A stretch of DNA of 64,000 nucleotides. Origin: Chiloscyllium plagiosum. Taxonomy: Eukaryota. The stretch lies in contig NC_057755.1 of NCBI RefSeq assembly GCF_004010195.1, positions 895,023-959,022 on the forward strand, in the 5' to 3' direction. Positions within the stretch are counted from its first letter, which is position 1. Every line of letters starts with the position of its first letter. The notes under the pieces were generated by a model, which was not told the DNA's origin, did not search any database, and saw nothing but the letters and a program-made list of their open reading frames with translations. This document shows positions 61,698-64,000 of this stretch, one piece after another. The translations under genes and the position numbers were made by a program.

Positions 61698-62970
61698 CAT
61701 ACACACACAGTATCCCAGTCATAATGGGAGTTATAGAAATACACTTAGGCAGACAATAAGACGGCATCTACATCTCCACACGGAGAAATACAATCAATCT
61801 TCAATATCGGAACACATCTATACATAGACACCAAATCACGCAGACATTTTAACATAAGGAAATGAAGTCATACTGAGAGACATTACACACCAATACGCAA
61901 GGACTGAGAGAAATATTAGTATACACTCACATGACCACACTCAAATACAGTTATAGAACTATATACACAATTAGGTACAGTCATAGAGCCATAATAATAA
62001 TAAAATACAAAGACACACGCACTGAGGCATGGAGAAATCCTGCTGGTGCTCAGAAAGATCTGAACATAATGACAGATAGACAAACAAGATTTCAGCAATA
62101 GACTCACCAACTTGAACAGGAGCATAACTAGACAGTGACATACGCAGACTCCCAGAATAATATACTAAGACTTACAGACAAGCAGACATGGAGTCACAGA
62201 ACCATCATGAGACGTTGACATTAACGCACACATACACAGGCACACACATACAAAACATGTTATAGCAATGTAACCATACGCAGTGATGGACACAAATACA
62301 CAAAGAACATGCACACAGACAGAAACATGCACACAGACAGAAACACATCAAATGCACTTGTGAAAAACGCACCGATACAGTCCAATAAAGCACACAAGCA
62401 GACACATAGATAAAAGCATTCACAGTCAGAAGCAGACATACTCAGTAACCTACCCGAACAGCTATATCTAGTCACAAAATAAGCTTCCAAACGCACACAG
62501 AGAAAAAAAAAGCACACTGACACAGAAACACATTCACAAATGGTGGCACAAGGGAAAAAAAGGGAGATACATGCACAGAATGACATTCCCACAAAGACAA
62601 TGAAAACACTCACACACAGACCCTCACACACCGAAAGGGAAAGACACACAGACAATCTCCTTCACTGACACACAGAGAGAGAGAGAGGGAGAGCTTAGGA
62701 TGAAGAGAGGCGGAGAGTAAGAGATAGAGAGAGACAGAGAGAGAATCAGAGTGCTGCAGATGAAGGGACACTGAACTTTACAGAACTGTAATCAATATTG
62801 TGCCAAGGTACTGCTGGTTGCCTCAAAGCATGTTGTATTTTCCAAAATAACTTCATGCAATAAAATCAGTGACTGAAGAGATGAGAAGGGCATTTGAGCC
62901 AAAGTATGTGAACAATGCTAAACTGAGTCCACTGTCCAACTGTGTCAATGAGATAGAGACGAAGGGAGAT

Positions 62971-63014
<44 letters not shown>

Positions 63015-63260
63015 TGAGTGAGAGAGAGGAGATAGAGAGAGATGGAAAAAGAATTAGTCAGAGCGACAAAGAGTGAGAGAGGCAGACAGAGTGGAAGAGA
63101 TCGAGAGAATCCGAGAAAAACTGAGGCAGAGATACATAGCGAGAGAAGACAGAGAAAGACGAAGAGAGATTGAGAGATAGTCAGAGTGACAGAGGAAGAG
63201 ACTGATACGGAGAAACTGAGAGATGTGGAGTGGGACAGTGATAGATGTAGTGAAATAGAG
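61695..63260. repeat. Long degenerate (CA)n-rich then (GA)n-rich low-complexity region
   Basis: acacaca-type degenerate repeats to ~62670, then gagagaga runs (62673-62745 and 62950-63260). Confidence 0.85.
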
Positions 63261-63513
63261 TGTTAATTTCGGAAGAATGTCATTTTAAAGGAAAGGGTAG
63301 AACTTAGTTTCAAAGGGCACAAACTTGTACCTGCAGAAACAGTTGCACAGATTTTGAAGGAAACAACATTTTCAAGGAAATGAAGGAGAGAGGAGCATAT
63401 ACTGAATGGAGATTATATATATATATGAGTAATGTCAGATCAAATTAAAACTCAGAAAATAACATGCTCTAGTCTATCTGATGAGCCAGTACTTTAATAC
63501 TTTTGCAGCAAAG
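63261..63513 (-). repeat. Close copy of the intact GPCR's 3' UTR segment (20463-20710)
   Basis: tgttaatttcggaagaatgtcattttaaaggaaagggt...ctgatgagccagtactttaatacttttgcagcaaag appears at both loci with only scattered substitutions and a (TA)n expansion. Confidence 0.92.
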
Positions 63514-64000
63514 GTGGTGCCGGTCAAATCCCAGTGTTGAGACCTGATGGGATTAGGGCTCAAGAAGCTCTTTCAAAAATAAACAGAACAGCAGAAAATA
63601 ATTTTAAATTTAGATGCGGGGGTGGGGTATCACCAGCACACGGAGCCTTTCTCTTGTTATAATAAAGTGTTTATTGTGAGTTGTACAGAGAGTCTGGCAA
63701 TCATCATGGGGCAGGAGGGATTGTTTCTGTCCCACCCATCCTCGCCTGCAGGGGGAATTCAGAGACCTCTCCTGCAGGTCTGTAACACTCATCCACAGGG
63801 CAGTCCGTGAAGACCCAATATTTCAGCTGAAGCCAAAACTCACAGACAGTCCATTATTTCAAATCGGCCCTGCAGCCTTTTTCCACCCGATCCTGCCCAT
63901 GACAGTTTCCTTTTGCCTCCATACCTGCTTCTATTTGTCAATAGTTTCGATGCAGAGATGGAGAGATTACTGTTAACCTGTGGACAGGGAGGAATGGGGT

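Noticed and set aside
62205..62655. Cys/Val-rich ORFs (also 48993-49248, 47818-48301, 12335-12640)
   Set aside because: Translations of (GT)n, (CA)n and (CT)n low-complexity tracts.

Overview
This is repeat-dense, AT-rich vertebrate genomic DNA, almost certainly from a cartilaginous fish (shark). That call is an inference from the repeat repertoire (V-SINE/HE1-type SINEs, CR1/HER1-type LINEs, shark-type Penelope termini) and from the gene family present. The genic core is a birth-and-death cluster of two-exon, GPR139-like class A GPCR genes. One copy is intact on the minus strand (exon 1 24592-24658, exon 2 20775-21682, 324 aa). Two plus-strand copies are pseudogenes (28961-~32010 and 43144-~47716). 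There is also an orphan exon 1 with a duplicated promoter (57746-57812) and a duplicated 3' UTR remnant of a further minus-strand copy (63261-63513). Next to the cluster is the decayed 3' end (five exons) of an NLRP/NLRC-type ribonuclease-inhibitor-like LRR gene (12610-13875). The rest is mostly transposon debris: a Gmr1-like Gypsy LTR retrotransposon (SCAN-like gag, protease directly followed by integrase), solo LTRs, many CR1 fragments including one nearly full-length copy, Tx1/L1, Rex1/Babar and Penelope-like pieces. At least ten Penelope-type termini carry minimal type I hammerhead ribozyme motifs, some in inverted pairs, and a 2.3-kb tandem duplication has its breakpoints in them. All calls were made by eye from the sequence and the ORF track; no database searches were run, and repeat boundaries are approximate.
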